Source: a virus. Taken from it: 64,000 bases of DNA. This document shows positions 25,035 through 35,054 of the stretch, piece by piece. How positions within the stretch are numbered: position 1 is the stretch's first letter; each line of letters starts with the position of its first letter. The stretch spans positions 8,410 to 72,409 of the IMG/VR virus record IMGVR_UViG_3300021478_000023; one strand, written 5' to 3'. A program made the translations under genes and the position numbers. Under the pieces are notes generated by a model. That model worked only from the letters and a program-made list of their open reading frames with translations, ran no database searches and was not told the origin of the DNA.

Positions 25035-26746
25035 TCGAGCGCGTCACCATCGATGGCCGATCAGGTGTTGCTTGTTTCATCGATAGCAAATTCAAGCCGG
25101 TCGATGAGGCGCAAGCGACTCTCTACAAAATCGTTTTCGATGACGGAGGCCAATTGATCTTGGATGCGCGCCAGGGTGCAGCGCCGCCGCCGCCACCTAG
25201 ACGAAAGAAAGACGCTGACGATTTCATTCAAGATCCGACTACTGGTCGGTTGCAAGGTAGGCGACCGGGCAGCGGCGCACTGGACAGTGGCGGCAACGTC
25301 AAGCCGGAATTGCAAGGCGAGATCGCGGCAGGCATTCCGCCACGACCAAAGGAAAAGGGGAAATTCAAGATCGATGATTTCGGCAAGGCGGGCATCACCT
25401 TGGATTCCGGCACCCGCGCCGAACATGACGAAAAGAGCAAAAAGTTTATAGAGCGCTGGAACGACACCGTGCGCGATGCGCCAGAGGATTTCAAAAACAA
25501 ATTCCTGGGCGGGCTCGAAGGCACGATGACCATGAGCTACGATGACGATGACGACAAAATCCAAATGACCGGCAACATTTTGGATGAGGACGGCAACAAG
25601 TTAGGCGAATACAACCGCAAAATTGATTTTGACGACAAGAAAGCCGAGAGTGCGTATTTCAAATTAGAGAATAACGCGCAAGGTCACGGTGTCGGCAAGC
25701 AAATGCTTGCTGGCAACATTGCCACCTATCAACAACTCGGGCTGCACCGTGTAGAGGTTCACGCCAACATCGATATCGGCGGCCACGCCTGGGCGCGCTA
25801 CGGCTACGTGCCGATTACAAAGGAAACGGCGACTCAACAGCATGGTTGGCCATCGTTGCGGCGCTACCTCGCAGGCAAGATTGATGACTTGCAGCACGGC
25901 GGCGGCGAGTCGTCGGCGGAAAGTTGGGACGATATGTCATCGAACCAACAAGATCGCATCCGCGACAAGTGGATCGATGAGAACCGTGATGAGATTGCCA
26001 GCGGCGAGGTTGATAACTGGCGCGACCAGGGCGGCGACCTTGCCATAGCCAAGACGCAGATTGCTCAGAGTTTCAATTTCAGTCGCTCAAATGCAACGGC
26101 AGGATGGGCCAAGGAAGCGCTGGAAGAAACTACCGTCACGGTCAGAGAGGAAGGCCAGGGCGAATTGTTTGGTCAAAAGCCGATTGAGCACCAAGTAGAT
26201 TTGTCTGAGCTAATCGACATCAAGCGATTGATGAAAGCAACAACAATTGGATACGACGACTCCGACGGCGATGGTCGTGGAGATCCGGTCATCACGTTTG
26301 ATGAAAATGAAATACCGGAATTAAACGACGAACAGCGCGACGAAGTTAATCAAGTGCTGGTCGAAGCGTTCAACGAGGAAGCGGACAGCAAGCGCAGCGA
26401 TGTTGACCCGCCGTCGTGGCTGGACGATAGCGTGTCTGAATCAGCGGCCGAGTATTTCGACTCGATGCGTGACCGCGACAAATTCAAGTTTGCGCAAAAC
26501 AACGACTTGCTACCGACAGGTGAGCGGAGCGAAGGCGGGGAAATGAGCGATGAGGATGCTGACTCGCTGCGCGACTTGATCAACAACGACAATCCGAAAG
26601 CGCTGTGGGCGGTTGCCGATAGCAAGTGGGGCAAGAAATTGCTGATCGACGCCGACTGGTATGGCGTGCTCGATCTCGCCGACAAGGAAACGATGGACCG
26701 CTTCAATGCCTACGTCGGGAAAAAGCCGAGCCACGGAACCAGCTAA
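25031..26746 (+). CDS. GNAT acetyltransferase-like protein with FIQDPxTG tag and acidic insert
   Basis: Acetyl-CoA motif AQGHGVGK, then VHANIDIGGHAWARYGY. Confidence 0.8.
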   Translation: MIERVTIDGRSGVACFIDSKFKPVDEAQATLYKIVFDDGGQLILDARQGAAPPPPPRRKKDADDFIQDPTTGRLQGRRPGSGALDSGGNVKPELQGEIAAGIPPRPKEKGKFKIDDFGKAGITLDSGTRAEHDEKSKKFIERWNDTVRDAPEDFKNKFLGGLEGTMTMSYDDDDDKIQMTGNILDEDGNKLGEYNRKIDFDDKKAESAYFKLENNAQGHGVGKQMLAGNIATYQQLGLHRVEVHANIDIGGHAWARYGYVPITKETATQQHGWPSLRRYLAGKIDDLQHGGGESSAESWDDMSSNQQDRIRDKWIDENRDEIASGEVDNWRDQGGDLAIAKTQIAQSFNFSRSNATAGWAKEALEETTVTVREEGQGELFGQKPIEHQVDLSELIDIKRLMKATTIGYDDSDGDGRGDPVITFDENEIPELNDEQRDEVNQVLVEAFNEEADSKRSDVDPPSWLDDSVSESAAEYFDSMRDRDKFKFAQNNDLLPTGERSEGGEMSDEDADSLRDLINNDNPKALWAVADSKWGKKLLIDADWYGVLDLADKETMDRFNAYVGKKPSHGTS

Positions 26747-26750
26747 AGAG

Positions 26751-26924
26751 TTGTTTGTTCGCGGCAAGAGCGGGCGGCGCTTTGATGCAAATTTGCATAA
26801 CCCGATTCTTGACGACGGCAACACCGACACGGCCTACGCCGTTAGCCGCACGGTCGCGCTGCGGCTCGGACTGACCAAGGAACAAATCGACTCGCTGATG
26901 AGCCACGTCAAACCGAAAGGGTGA
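26751..26924 (+). CDS. Small hypothetical protein (start uncertain)
   Basis: Open frame filling the gap before the capsid gene; only TTG/ACG candidate starts. Confidence 0.4.
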   Translation: MFVRGKSGRRFDANLHNPILDDGNTDTAYAVSRTVALRLGLTKEQIDSLMSHVKPKG

Positions 26925-26928
26925 CGCA

Positions 26929-29208
26929 ATGCCGATGAAACCACGCAAGGGCGAAAGCCAATCGGATTTCACCGCGCGATGCGTGCCTGAAATGATGGGC
27001 GACGGCAAGCGCGAACAGGACCAAGCGGTTGCAGCGTGCCTCGATATCTGGCGCAACAGAGACAAGGAACACACCATGCCCAAGACGCTCACTCGCGACG
27101 GCGACAACGGCGACATGCCAGATCCCGACGATTACGATGATTACGATGAGTTTCTACCTGACTGCATGGACGCCGGTTTCGATGAGGACGCTTGTCGCTC
27201 GGCCTATCGCGGCGAGCGCGCGGCGGACGGCATCGTGCACAAGACGCACGCTGGCGACATCAACGGCAGCGAATATGTGTTGAGCGATGAGACGCCGGAT
27301 CGCATGGGCGACATCATCGAGTCTGCCGGTTGGGATTTGCGGTCGTTCAAGAGCAACCCCATAGCTTTGTTTGGTCACAAGTCTGATTTTCCGATTGGCC
27401 GTTGGCGCAACGTCGGCGTCAACAAGGAAAAGCAATTGCGCGGGCACTTGGAACTGGCGCCGAAAGGCACAAGTCCGCGCATCGATGAGATACGTGCGCT
27501 GGTTGATGCGGGAATCCTGCGCGCGGTTTCGGTCGGCTTCAAGCCGCTCGACGCTACCCCGCTCAATGCTAAAGACCCATTCGGCGGACAGCGTTTCTCT
27601 AAGCAAGAGCTAGTCGAGTGCAGCTTGGTAGCAGTACCAGCAAACCCGAACGCTTTGTCCGTCGCCAAGTCTTTAAAGATCTCCGATGACACGCAAAGTC
27701 TCGTTTTCGCCAAGCATGGCAAGGGAAACGGAACCGTCCAGCGTGCCGTCGTTCACGGCAAGCCTGCCACACGCACTCCTGATGGAAAGAAAACCATCAT
27801 GACTCCCCTCACGCAGCGCATCACCGATGCGCAAGCCCGCATCGTCGCCCTCAAGGCGGCGCTCGGCGAGCACTTGGGTAGCATCGATGACTCCAACGTC
27901 ACCGATGAGCAAATGAATCAGACGACCGAATTCAACAACAAGATCGTGCAAGAGGAACGCACGCTCGCGATGTTGGTGGAGTCGGAGAAGCACATTGCGG
28001 CTGCGACCGCCGCCGAGCACGGCACGAATGGCGGCGGCACGACAATCGTTACGCGCGACAACCGCACCGGCATGGCCAACGCGCGGCCATTCAGCATGCC
28101 GCAAAAGAAATTCGACCCGCTCGACGTTCTGGTGCGCGGCTGCACGGTGCAAATGTTTAGCCACATCCGCAAAACCAACATCGAAGATACGCGGGCGTGG
28201 CTGGCCGCCAACGGCAACCCGACATACAACGACGACTACACCAGGGCGTATGTCGAGTGGCACACCAAGGCCGCGAGCGCGCCTGCGATGACGACGGTCA
28301 CTGGTTGGGCCGCCGAGTTAGTGCAAACGGTCTACGCCGCGTTCATGGAATCGCTGTTCCCGAAATCGGTCTATCCGCGCCTTGCGGCCAAGGGACTCGA
28401 TCTTTCGTTTGGTCGCGCTGGCAAGATCAGCATTCCTACGCGTGCTCTCACACCGACAATCGCCGGTTCGTTTGTTGGTGAAGGCGCGCCGATTCCTGTT
28501 CGTCAGGGTGCATTCACCGCGCAAGTCCTGACGCCAAAGAAAATGGCCGTGATAACTACTTGGACCAGGGAAATGGACGAGCATTCCGTTCCCGCCATCG
28601 AGGGATTGCTGCGTCAAGCAATCCAAGACGACACCGCTATCGCGATTGATAGCGTGCTACTCGACAGCAACCCGGCGACCGCCGTGCGGCCCGCTGGCAT
28701 TCTTAACGGTGTCACGCCTCTGACCGCGACTGCGGGCGGCGGCTTCAACGCACTTGTTGGTGACATCAAGCAATTGTCGGGTGCGTTGCTCACCGCGACG
28801 CGCGGCAACGTGCGTTCACCGGCTTGGATCATGAATCCGCAGCAAGTTATGAGTGCTGGACTCACACCGGCACCGGCATCCGGCGTATTTCCGTTTGATA
28901 CGTCGGACGGACGGCTCAATACATGGCCGATCATCGACTCGGGGACCGTGCCTATGGGCACGATCATCGCAATGGACGCCGCTGACTTTGTTGGTGCGGG
29001 CGAAAACCCGCGCTTCGAAATCAGCGATCAGGCGACGCTTCACTTTGACGACACCGCCCCGCTCGATATCGTGGCTGGCGGCACGGCTTCGACTCCGGTC
29101 AAGTCACTGTGGCAGACCGATAGCATCGGCCTGCGGCTGATCCTGCCGCTCAATTGGCTCAACCGTCGCCCCGGCACGGTTGCCGCGATTGTCGGCGTGA
29201 CTTGGTAA
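26929..29208 (+). CDS. Fused HK97-type prohead protease and major capsid protein
   Basis: Protease DRMGDII, NPIALFGH, AVSVGF, ECSLVAVPANP; coiled-coil delta region; capsid FVGEG, LTPKK, SLWQTDSIGLR. Confidence 0.95.
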   Translation: MPMKPRKGESQSDFTARCVPEMMGDGKREQDQAVAACLDIWRNRDKEHTMPKTLTRDGDNGDMPDPDDYDDYDEFLPDCMDAGFDEDACRSAYRGERAADGIVHKTHAGDINGSEYVLSDETPDRMGDIIESAGWDLRSFKSNPIALFGHKSDFPIGRWRNVGVNKEKQLRGHLELAPKGTSPRIDEIRALVDAGILRAVSVGFKPLDATPLNAKDPFGGQRFSKQELVECSLVAVPANPNALSVAKSLKISDDTQSLVFAKHGKGNGTVQRAVVHGKPATRTPDGKKTIMTPLTQRITDAQARIVALKAALGEHLGSIDDSNVTDEQMNQTTEFNNKIVQEERTLAMLVESEKHIAAATAAEHGTNGGGTTIVTRDNRTGMANARPFSMPQKKFDPLDVLVRGCTVQMFSHIRKTNIEDTRAWLAANGNPTYNDDYTRAYVEWHTKAASAPAMTTVTGWAAELVQTVYAAFMESLFPKSVYPRLAAKGLDLSFGRAGKISIPTRALTPTIAGSFVGEGAPIPVRQGAFTAQVLTPKKMAVITTWTREMDEHSVPAIEGLLRQAIQDDTAIAIDSVLLDSNPATAVRPAGILNGVTPLTATAGGGFNALVGDIKQLSGALLTATRGNVRSPAWIMNPQQVMSAGLTPAPASGVFPFDTSDGRLNTWPIIDSGTVPMGTIIAMDAADFVGAGENPRFEISDQATLHFDDTAPLDIVAGGTASTPVKSLWQTDSIGLRLILPLNWLNRRPGTVAAIVGVTW

Positions 29209-29294
29209 CTCTTGGACACCTTGCGCGTTAGTTAGGTGTGACTGCCGTGCGGCTCCCGAGGCCGCACGGTTTCCCTCAAACCCGGAGTTATCCA

Positions 29295-29609
29295 ATGCCC
29301 GAAAGTGGACCACACACGACGCAGCACGCGGCGCAAGCCGCTGGTCAGGCAGACCCGAACGCCGCCAGGAATGCGGCGGCGCAACAAGAAAACGCAAAGG
29401 CGCGCATCGAAGCCGCCAAAAAGGACAACGATGCTCGCGTCAAGTTGCAGACCGAGCAACGTGAGAAGTTGGCAAAGTCGCATCCGACGCCAACGCAAGA
29501 GGAAAACGACCGCGCCGTGCTCGGCGATCACATTAAAGAGCACGAAGATGACGGCAGCGGTCCAGATCCGAACGATCCGCTCGCCGTAGAGCGCGCCAAG
29601 AAAAAGTAA
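29295..29609 (+). CDS. Small protein with PTPTQEEND motif (paralogue 1)
   Basis: GGAG RBS; PTPTQEENDRAVLGDHIKEHEDDGS. Confidence 0.75.
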   Translation: MPESGPHTTQHAAQAAGQADPNAARNAAAQQENAKARIEAAKKDNDARVKLQTEQREKLAKSHPTPTQEENDRAVLGDHIKEHEDDGSGPDPNDPLAVERAKKK

Positions 29610-29701
29610 CGAACGCACAGCCTGTTGAGAAGGCTAACGCAGAAGGGCTCGCCCACAAGCCAATGCCGAGGGCGAGCCCGCCCATTTCACAGGAGTCACC
29701 A

Positions 29702-29998
29702 ATGCCTGATCCTAAAGCGGTCGATCCTAGCTCTTGGTCGCCAACCCCGACGCAAGAGGAAAACGATCTCGCCGCGTCCGGTCTACACGTCGATCATAAA
29801 GAGGATGACGGCAGTCCTGTTGATGAGAACATCCATCCGCCAGGACTTGAGGAAAGCAAAAAGAAAAAACAGGTGCAAGCCGATCAACCGACGCGCGGCG
29901 GCTACCAAACACGACAGGTCAGACCAGAACAACCAAGAACACCGGCAACCCCTTCACACCCGCCACCGCTCTCACATCCACACTCCGACGATAAATGA
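29702..29998 (+). CDS. Small protein with PTPTQEEND motif (paralogue 2)
   Basis: AGGAG RBS; PTPTQEENDLAASGLHVDHKEDDGS; GYQTRQVRPE. Confidence 0.75.
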   Translation: MPDPKAVDPSSWSPTPTQEENDLAASGLHVDHKEDDGSPVDENIHPPGLEESKKKKQVQADQPTRGGYQTRQVRPEQPRTPATPSHPPPLSHPHSDDK

Positions 29999-31491
29999 AC
30001 CGCTTGCTGGCGAAAATCGCAGCCCCTTTCATCCGCAAAAGTTTGGTTGGTCAGGATGAGGGGGGCTATCGCCCTGGCCCGTGGCAACTGCCGGTTTCTG
30101 GCGGTTGGCTTCCGGTCGGGGTTGGCGAATATGTCAATTGGTGGCAGCTTGGCTTTGATCCGGTTTACGGATCAAGCAACTCTGCAATTGTTGAAGCATG
30201 CGTGTCGGCCTACGCGCAGACCGTGGCCATGTGCCCTGGCGATCATTGGAAATCCAACGACAAGGGCGGACGCACGCGCATCACCAACTCGGCGCTATCT
30301 CGCATTCTGCGCTATCCGAACGACTATCAATCGATCTCCGATTTCATGATGAATTTGACGCGCAACCTGTACCTAACAGGCAACGCGTATGCGCTGGCGC
30401 TGCGCAACGACCGTTTCGAGATTGACGAATTGCACCCGATGGACCCGGACATATCGCGCCCGATGGTCGCGAGCACGGGCGACGTGTTCTATCAACTCGG
30501 CGGCAACGACGTTATCCAAAACCGGCTAACCGGATCATCGAACCAGATTTTGACTGCGGTGCCGATGCGCGACGTGCTGCACATTCGGCTCAACACGCAA
30601 CGGCAATGGCCGCGCCCGTTGCTAGGTCAATCGCCGCTTGAAGCCGCGATGCAAGACATCGGCCTTGGCTCGGCAATCACCGCACAGCAAATGCGGTTCT
30701 ATCAAAACGAGGCGCGGCCATCCGCCGTGCTCTCGACCGATTTGGTGCTCGACAAGGAACAAGTCGCGCAACTACGCGACCGATGGGATGAACAATCCAA
30801 GGGCTTGCGCCAGGGCGGCACACCGATCCTGACCGCAGGATTGAAGGTGCAGCCGTGGGGCGTTAGCGGCGGCAAAGAGTCAGCGATTGCCGATATCGCC
30901 AAGATGAGCAAGGAAAACATCGCGCTCGCATTCCGCGTTCCATTGCAGATCCTTGGCATCGGCGGCACACCGTTTTCGTCAACCGAGTTGTTGATGCAGT
31001 CGTGGATCGCATCGGGGCTCGGTTTTTGTTTGAACCATATCGAGGAAGCATTCGGCTTCCTCTACAATTGCAAGGGCCAGCCGGACGAATACGTTGAGTT
31101 TAGCACCGACGCGTTGCTGCGCTCGGCCTACAGCGTTCGTATTGAAGGGTTGGCCCGTGGCGTGCAGGGCGGCATCTATTCGCCGAACGAAGCGCGCAAC
31201 ATGGAAGGGCTTGACGACGTTAAGTTTGGTGATGAGCCGCGCGTTCAACAACAAGTAGTCCCGCTTTCCGCAGCGGCGCAAATCCAAGCACAAGCGCCCG
31301 GATCAACCGGACCAAAGCCGCCATCCGCACCTGGGCCGGATGCGCCACCCGCGCCGCCATCCGCAGCATCCGCCGAAGCGCCGAAAGCGCCAGCGCCGAA
31401 AGAGCCGAAAGGCAACCCCGATGACATCAAACGGGAAGCACGAAAACTTTTCGCAGCCGTTGAGCGAGCCGGACGGCGATATTCTCAGTGA
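29995..31491 (+). CDS. Portal protein (HK97 family)
   Basis: PNDYQS, GNAY, DVLHIR, GQSPL, IALAFRVP, SPNEAR motifs. Confidence 0.95.
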   Translation: MNRLLAKIAAPFIRKSLVGQDEGGYRPGPWQLPVSGGWLPVGVGEYVNWWQLGFDPVYGSSNSAIVEACVSAYAQTVAMCPGDHWKSNDKGGRTRITNSALSRILRYPNDYQSISDFMMNLTRNLYLTGNAYALALRNDRFEIDELHPMDPDISRPMVASTGDVFYQLGGNDVIQNRLTGSSNQILTAVPMRDVLHIRLNTQRQWPRPLLGQSPLEAAMQDIGLGSAITAQQMRFYQNEARPSAVLSTDLVLDKEQVAQLRDRWDEQSKGLRQGGTPILTAGLKVQPWGVSGGKESAIADIAKMSKENIALAFRVPLQILGIGGTPFSSTELLMQSWIASGLGFCLNHIEEAFGFLYNCKGQPDEYVEFSTDALLRSAYSVRIEGLARGVQGGIYSPNEARNMEGLDDVKFGDEPRVQQQVVPLSAAAQIQAQAPGSTGPKPPSAPGPDAPPAPPSAASAEAPKAPAPKEPKGNPDDIKREARKLFAAVERAGRRYSQ

Positions 31492-32974
31492 AGTTGTCCG
31501 CGAAGTTCTCGCCGATGTTATCGCCGCTGAAAAAAATCAATGGCAGCGCGAGCGTGCGCTGATCGAAGCGCAAGCGGCGCAAGCTATCGCCGAGTTTCGT
31601 GGCCAGCTAATCGAAACGCGCGATGAATTGAATCGCATGGTCGCGAACACGGTTGCTGACCTACAAGCGAATTTCGCGGCGAGACTGCGCGAGCTACGCA
31701 ACGGAGATCCCGGCGAGCCGGGACCGCCAGGGCAGCAAGGCGCACCGGGACCGATAGGCGAACGTGGTGCACCGGGCGAGCGCGGAGATCCGGGCGTGCC
31801 TGGGCGCGACGGCACACCGGGCGAGCCGGGACCGATAGGCCAGCAAGGTCCGCCCGGCGACACCCGCATGTTTGAATCCGAGGCGCGGACAACGATGGCG
31901 GAAATGCGCGCCGACGTGATGACGCTGCGCAGCCAAGTCAACGAAACGGTCGAGCGGCGGCTGGCCAGTCTGCGCGACGGCAAGGATGGGGCACCGGGCG
32001 CACCTGGGGCGCGCGGCGATCCTGGGCCGCAGGGCGAGCGCGGAGATCGCGGCGAGCGCGGGTCACTCGGCTTGCGCGGCGAGCGTGGCCTACCGGGCGA
32101 GCCGGGTCCGGCAGGCATGCAGGGCGCACCGGGCGAGCGCGGCGAGGCCGGGCCGCAGGGTGAGCAAGGGCTACCCGGCGAAATCGGTCCAGCGGGTCCG
32201 CAGGGCGAGCGCGGTATGGCCGGATTGATGGGCAACCCTGGCAACGACGGCGCACCGGGCGAGCGCGGCGAGCGCGGAGATCCGGGCGAGGTTGGCCCGC
32301 AAGGTGAGCGCGGCGAGGTTGGGATTGCGGGCGCCGAGGGCTTGCGCGGCGAGCCCGGCGAGCAAGGAATTCCCGGCGAGCGCGGCGAGGTTGGGCCGCA
32401 GGGACTCGTCGGCAAGGATGGACTACCGGGCGAACCGGGTCCGCGCGGCGAGCGCGGCGAAATTGGCCCGCCCGGCAGGCTTCCGGTCGTGAAGGCGTAC
32501 CGCCCCGGCGCGGTGCACTATGAGGCCGACGTTGTGACGCTCGGCGGCTGCACCTATCAGGCAATCCGCGACACCGCGAGCGCGCCGCCCGATGAGGATT
32601 GGATTTGCTTGGCGAGCGCTGGCATCGATGCGATCTCGCCAACCGTGCGCAGCACATGGCTCGCGACCGAGACATATTCCAAACTCGATATCGTTGCGCT
32701 CGACGGATCTAGCTTCATTGCGCGCAAGGATAATCCCGGCCCGTGTCCCGGTGACGATTGGCAGATGATCGTCGGACGTGGGCGACCGGGCAAGCAAGGC
32801 GAGCGCGGCACCAAGGGTGATCGCGGCGAGCCCGGCGAACCGGGCGCAATAATCCTGGCGTGGAAAATCGACCGCGAGAACTACACCATCACGCCGATGA
32901 TGTCGGACGGCACGAAAGCGTTGCCGATCAACATGCGCGAGTTGTTTGAGCAATTCCAAGCCGAGGCGCGTTGA
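31421..32974 (+). CDS. Collagen-like (Gly-X-Y) virion protein
   Basis: Coiled coils alternating with long GER/GEP/GPQ triplet runs; C-terminal small beta domains. Confidence 0.9.
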   Translation: MTSNGKHENFSQPLSEPDGDILSEVVREVLADVIAAEKNQWQRERALIEAQAAQAIAEFRGQLIETRDELNRMVANTVADLQANFAARLRELRNGDPGEPGPPGQQGAPGPIGERGAPGERGDPGVPGRDGTPGEPGPIGQQGPPGDTRMFESEARTTMAEMRADVMTLRSQVNETVERRLASLRDGKDGAPGAPGARGDPGPQGERGDRGERGSLGLRGERGLPGEPGPAGMQGAPGERGEAGPQGEQGLPGEIGPAGPQGERGMAGLMGNPGNDGAPGERGERGDPGEVGPQGERGEVGIAGAEGLRGEPGEQGIPGERGEVGPQGLVGKDGLPGEPGPRGERGEIGPPGRLPVVKAYRPGAVHYEADVVTLGGCTYQAIRDTASAPPDEDWICLASAGIDAISPTVRSTWLATETYSKLDIVALDGSSFIARKDNPGPCPGDDWQMIVGRGRPGKQGERGTKGDRGEPGEPGAIILAWKIDRENYTITPMMSDGTKALPINMRELFEQFQAEAR

Positions 32975-33621
32975 TGGACTCGACTATCAAAATCATCACG
33001 CCAGCAACGTCATTCGATTTGATGTCACTGGACGACATGAAAATTGTGCTCGGCATTCCGCCAGCCGACACGACGCAGGATGCGGTCATTCAAAGTCAGA
33101 TCACGATGATGTCGGACGTGATCGCGACAGAATGCAATCGCAGTCCCCTCGATAGTCATAGTTGGGCGAAAGAGAAAGTGCAGGAGACAATTCGCGACTT
33201 GGATTCACGGCGCGTCTATCTCTCGCACTGGCCAGTGAAAGAGGACGATATCGAAACGGTCGAATGCCCGATTGGCACGCCTTATCCTGATGGCGGTTGG
33301 GAACTAGAGGAAACATCCGGCAAGTTGAGTTTGTATGCTGGTCAACCCGAACCGATCAGCGTGATCTATACGGGCGGCTATGACTTGCCGGACGGAGCGC
33401 CGCCAGCGTTGCGGGCAGCTTGTGAGATCATGGTTCGCAGCTATCGAATGTGGGAACAGCGGCAAGCAACGGCTGGCATCCGGTCCATATCCCACAAGGA
33501 AGCGCGCGTGATGTTCTTCGATCCTAACGTGATGCTCAAACAAACAGGATCGACTCCGCTTGCGACGGCGGGGCAGACCGTCAAGGATTTGCTCTACCAT
33601 TACATGCGGTTTTGGGTGTGA
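32974..33621 (+). CDS. Head-tail connector/adaptor
   Basis: LMSLDDMKIVLGI, ECNR, YTGGYDLPDGAPPAL. Confidence 0.8.
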   Translation: MDSTIKIITPATSFDLMSLDDMKIVLGIPPADTTQDAVIQSQITMMSDVIATECNRSPLDSHSWAKEKVQETIRDLDSRRVYLSHWPVKEDDIETVECPIGTPYPDGGWELEETSGKLSLYAGQPEPISVIYTGGYDLPDGAPPALRAACEIMVRSYRMWEQRQATAGIRSISHKEARVMFFDPNVMLKQTGSTPLATAGQTVKDLLYHYMRFWV

Positions 33622-34007
33622 TGCCGTTCACCGTCGATTTCGATGGCATGGGAAACGTCACGGCCACGCTCGACGGCATGGCCGACAAGATCAGCAAACT
33701 CGGTAAAGAGGAAATGGCCAAGGAACTAACCGAGTGGCAGCGGGACGACATGAAGCGGACCTACCCGAACACCAAGCAAGAGGACGAAAAGACGGTGATG
33801 ACGGAGATTTGGCCGCGCTCGCGAGTTTCCGAGGGGCACAAACCAAACACCACTGGCGCAAGCGCGAAGCGCGTTCGCGTGTACGCGCCGCCGCGCGGCG
33901 GCCAGCGAGTGACAGCGAGCACGCGTCCAATCTTGCGCAGCGAGTTGTTCGCCAAACTTTGCGACCGAATGTCCGAGTTGTTGAACCGCGTGTTGAAATG
34001 GCACTGA
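33621..34007 (+). CDS. Putative neck protein
   Basis: Position; RPIL near the C-terminus. Confidence 0.55.
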   Translation: MPFTVDFDGMGNVTATLDGMADKISKLGKEEMAKELTEWQRDDMKRTYPNTKQEDEKTVMTEIWPRSRVSEGHKPNTTGASAKRVRVYAPPRGGQRVTASTRPILRSELFAKLCDRMSELLNRVLKWH

Positions 34008-34008
34008 C

Positions 34009-34368
34009 ATGGCAAACCAAGGCATAAATTTTTCTGCGTTGGTCTACGGGTCATGTATGGACACGTTCGCCATTGACGTGACGTTCATGACGACGCTCAA
34101 CGGCACATTCATCAATCGCGGGATCTTCACGACGCGCGAGTTGAACGTGCTGGCGGAAAACAATTCGATCTATTCAGATCAACAAACGATCCTCGATATT
34201 CGTGAATCAGAATTTCCGATCATGCCGGTGCAGGGCGATCATGTGATGATCGACAAGGATTGCAACGGTGCGTACCGGGGCGAATTCGTGATCGTTGACT
34301 CGTCCGACAACGGCGGCGGCGAGACGACGCTGACCTTGCGCAAGCTGGAAAACCTCATCGGACAATGA
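34009..34368 (+). CDS. Head-tail joining (FII-like) protein
   Basis: RGIF, PVQGD, DNGGGETTLTL; position. Confidence 0.7.
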   Translation: MANQGINFSALVYGSCMDTFAIDVTFMTTLNGTFINRGIFTTRELNVLAENNSIYSDQQTILDIRESEFPIMPVQGDHVMIDKDCNGAYRGEFVIVDSSDNGGGETTLTLRKLENLIGQ

Positions 34369-35054
34369 ACAAGCAAATCAAAATCACCGACTATCAAAGC
34401 TATTCGTTGGTGATACGCGATGTGTTTTTCTATGCGCTCAAGACCGATCCGTTTTTTGCGAACTACAAGTGCCGCCGAACGCCGATGAACGTGGTGCAGA
34501 TTGAGCACCTACCGTATCTCGGGGTCTACATCACCGATGAGACGATGTTGCCGGACGGCGACGCGAATGCTCACCCGCCCGGTTTCATCCACACGTTGAA
34601 AGTCGCTTTTTCGGTGATCGTCGCGCACAACGATCAGGACTTGGCAGAGGCAACGATTGATGCGGCATGGTGGCGGATCATGCACCGCATCCTGGCCGAC
34701 AAGAAGATCATGAACGTCTACTTTAGCAGCAACCCGGACAACACGCTGATTGAAGGGATAACGCGCGGCACGCGTCGGCATGTGTTTGGTGCCACTGGCC
34801 ACAACCAACAGACACCGACTGCGGAGCTACGCTACGAAATGTCGGTTACGTTCCGCACGACATGGCCGCCGATCATCACCGATGACTTGTTGATGATCGA
34901 CGTTGTTACCGGCGTCAAGATTGGCGACGCCGCCGACGCTATGGCGCAGCGATACCAAGCCCACATGCGCTACTTGTTTGATCCAAGCCCGCCAGAAATA
35001 GATGATCTCGCAGGACAAGACATGCAACCAAGAAAGGATGACGACGATGCCTGA
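34365..35054 (+). CDS. Putative tail terminator
   Basis: LPYLGVYITDE; position before the sheath. Confidence 0.6.
   Translation: MNKQIKITDYQSYSLVIRDVFFYALKTDPFFANYKCRRTPMNVVQIEHLPYLGVYITDETMLPDGDANAHPPGFIHTLKVAFSVIVAHNDQDLAEATIDAAWWRIMHRILADKKIMNVYFSSNPDNTLIEGITRGTRRHVFGATGHNQQTPTAELRYEMSVTFRTTWPPIITDDLLMIDVVTGVKIGDAADAMAQRYQAHMRYLFDPSPPEIDDLAGQDMQPRKDDDDA

Noticed and set aside
31537-32415. Long antisense ORFs over collagen and Pro/Gly-rich genes (also 17531-18280 and 42381-43133)
   Set aside because: Shadows of repetitive GC-rich codons on the coding strand
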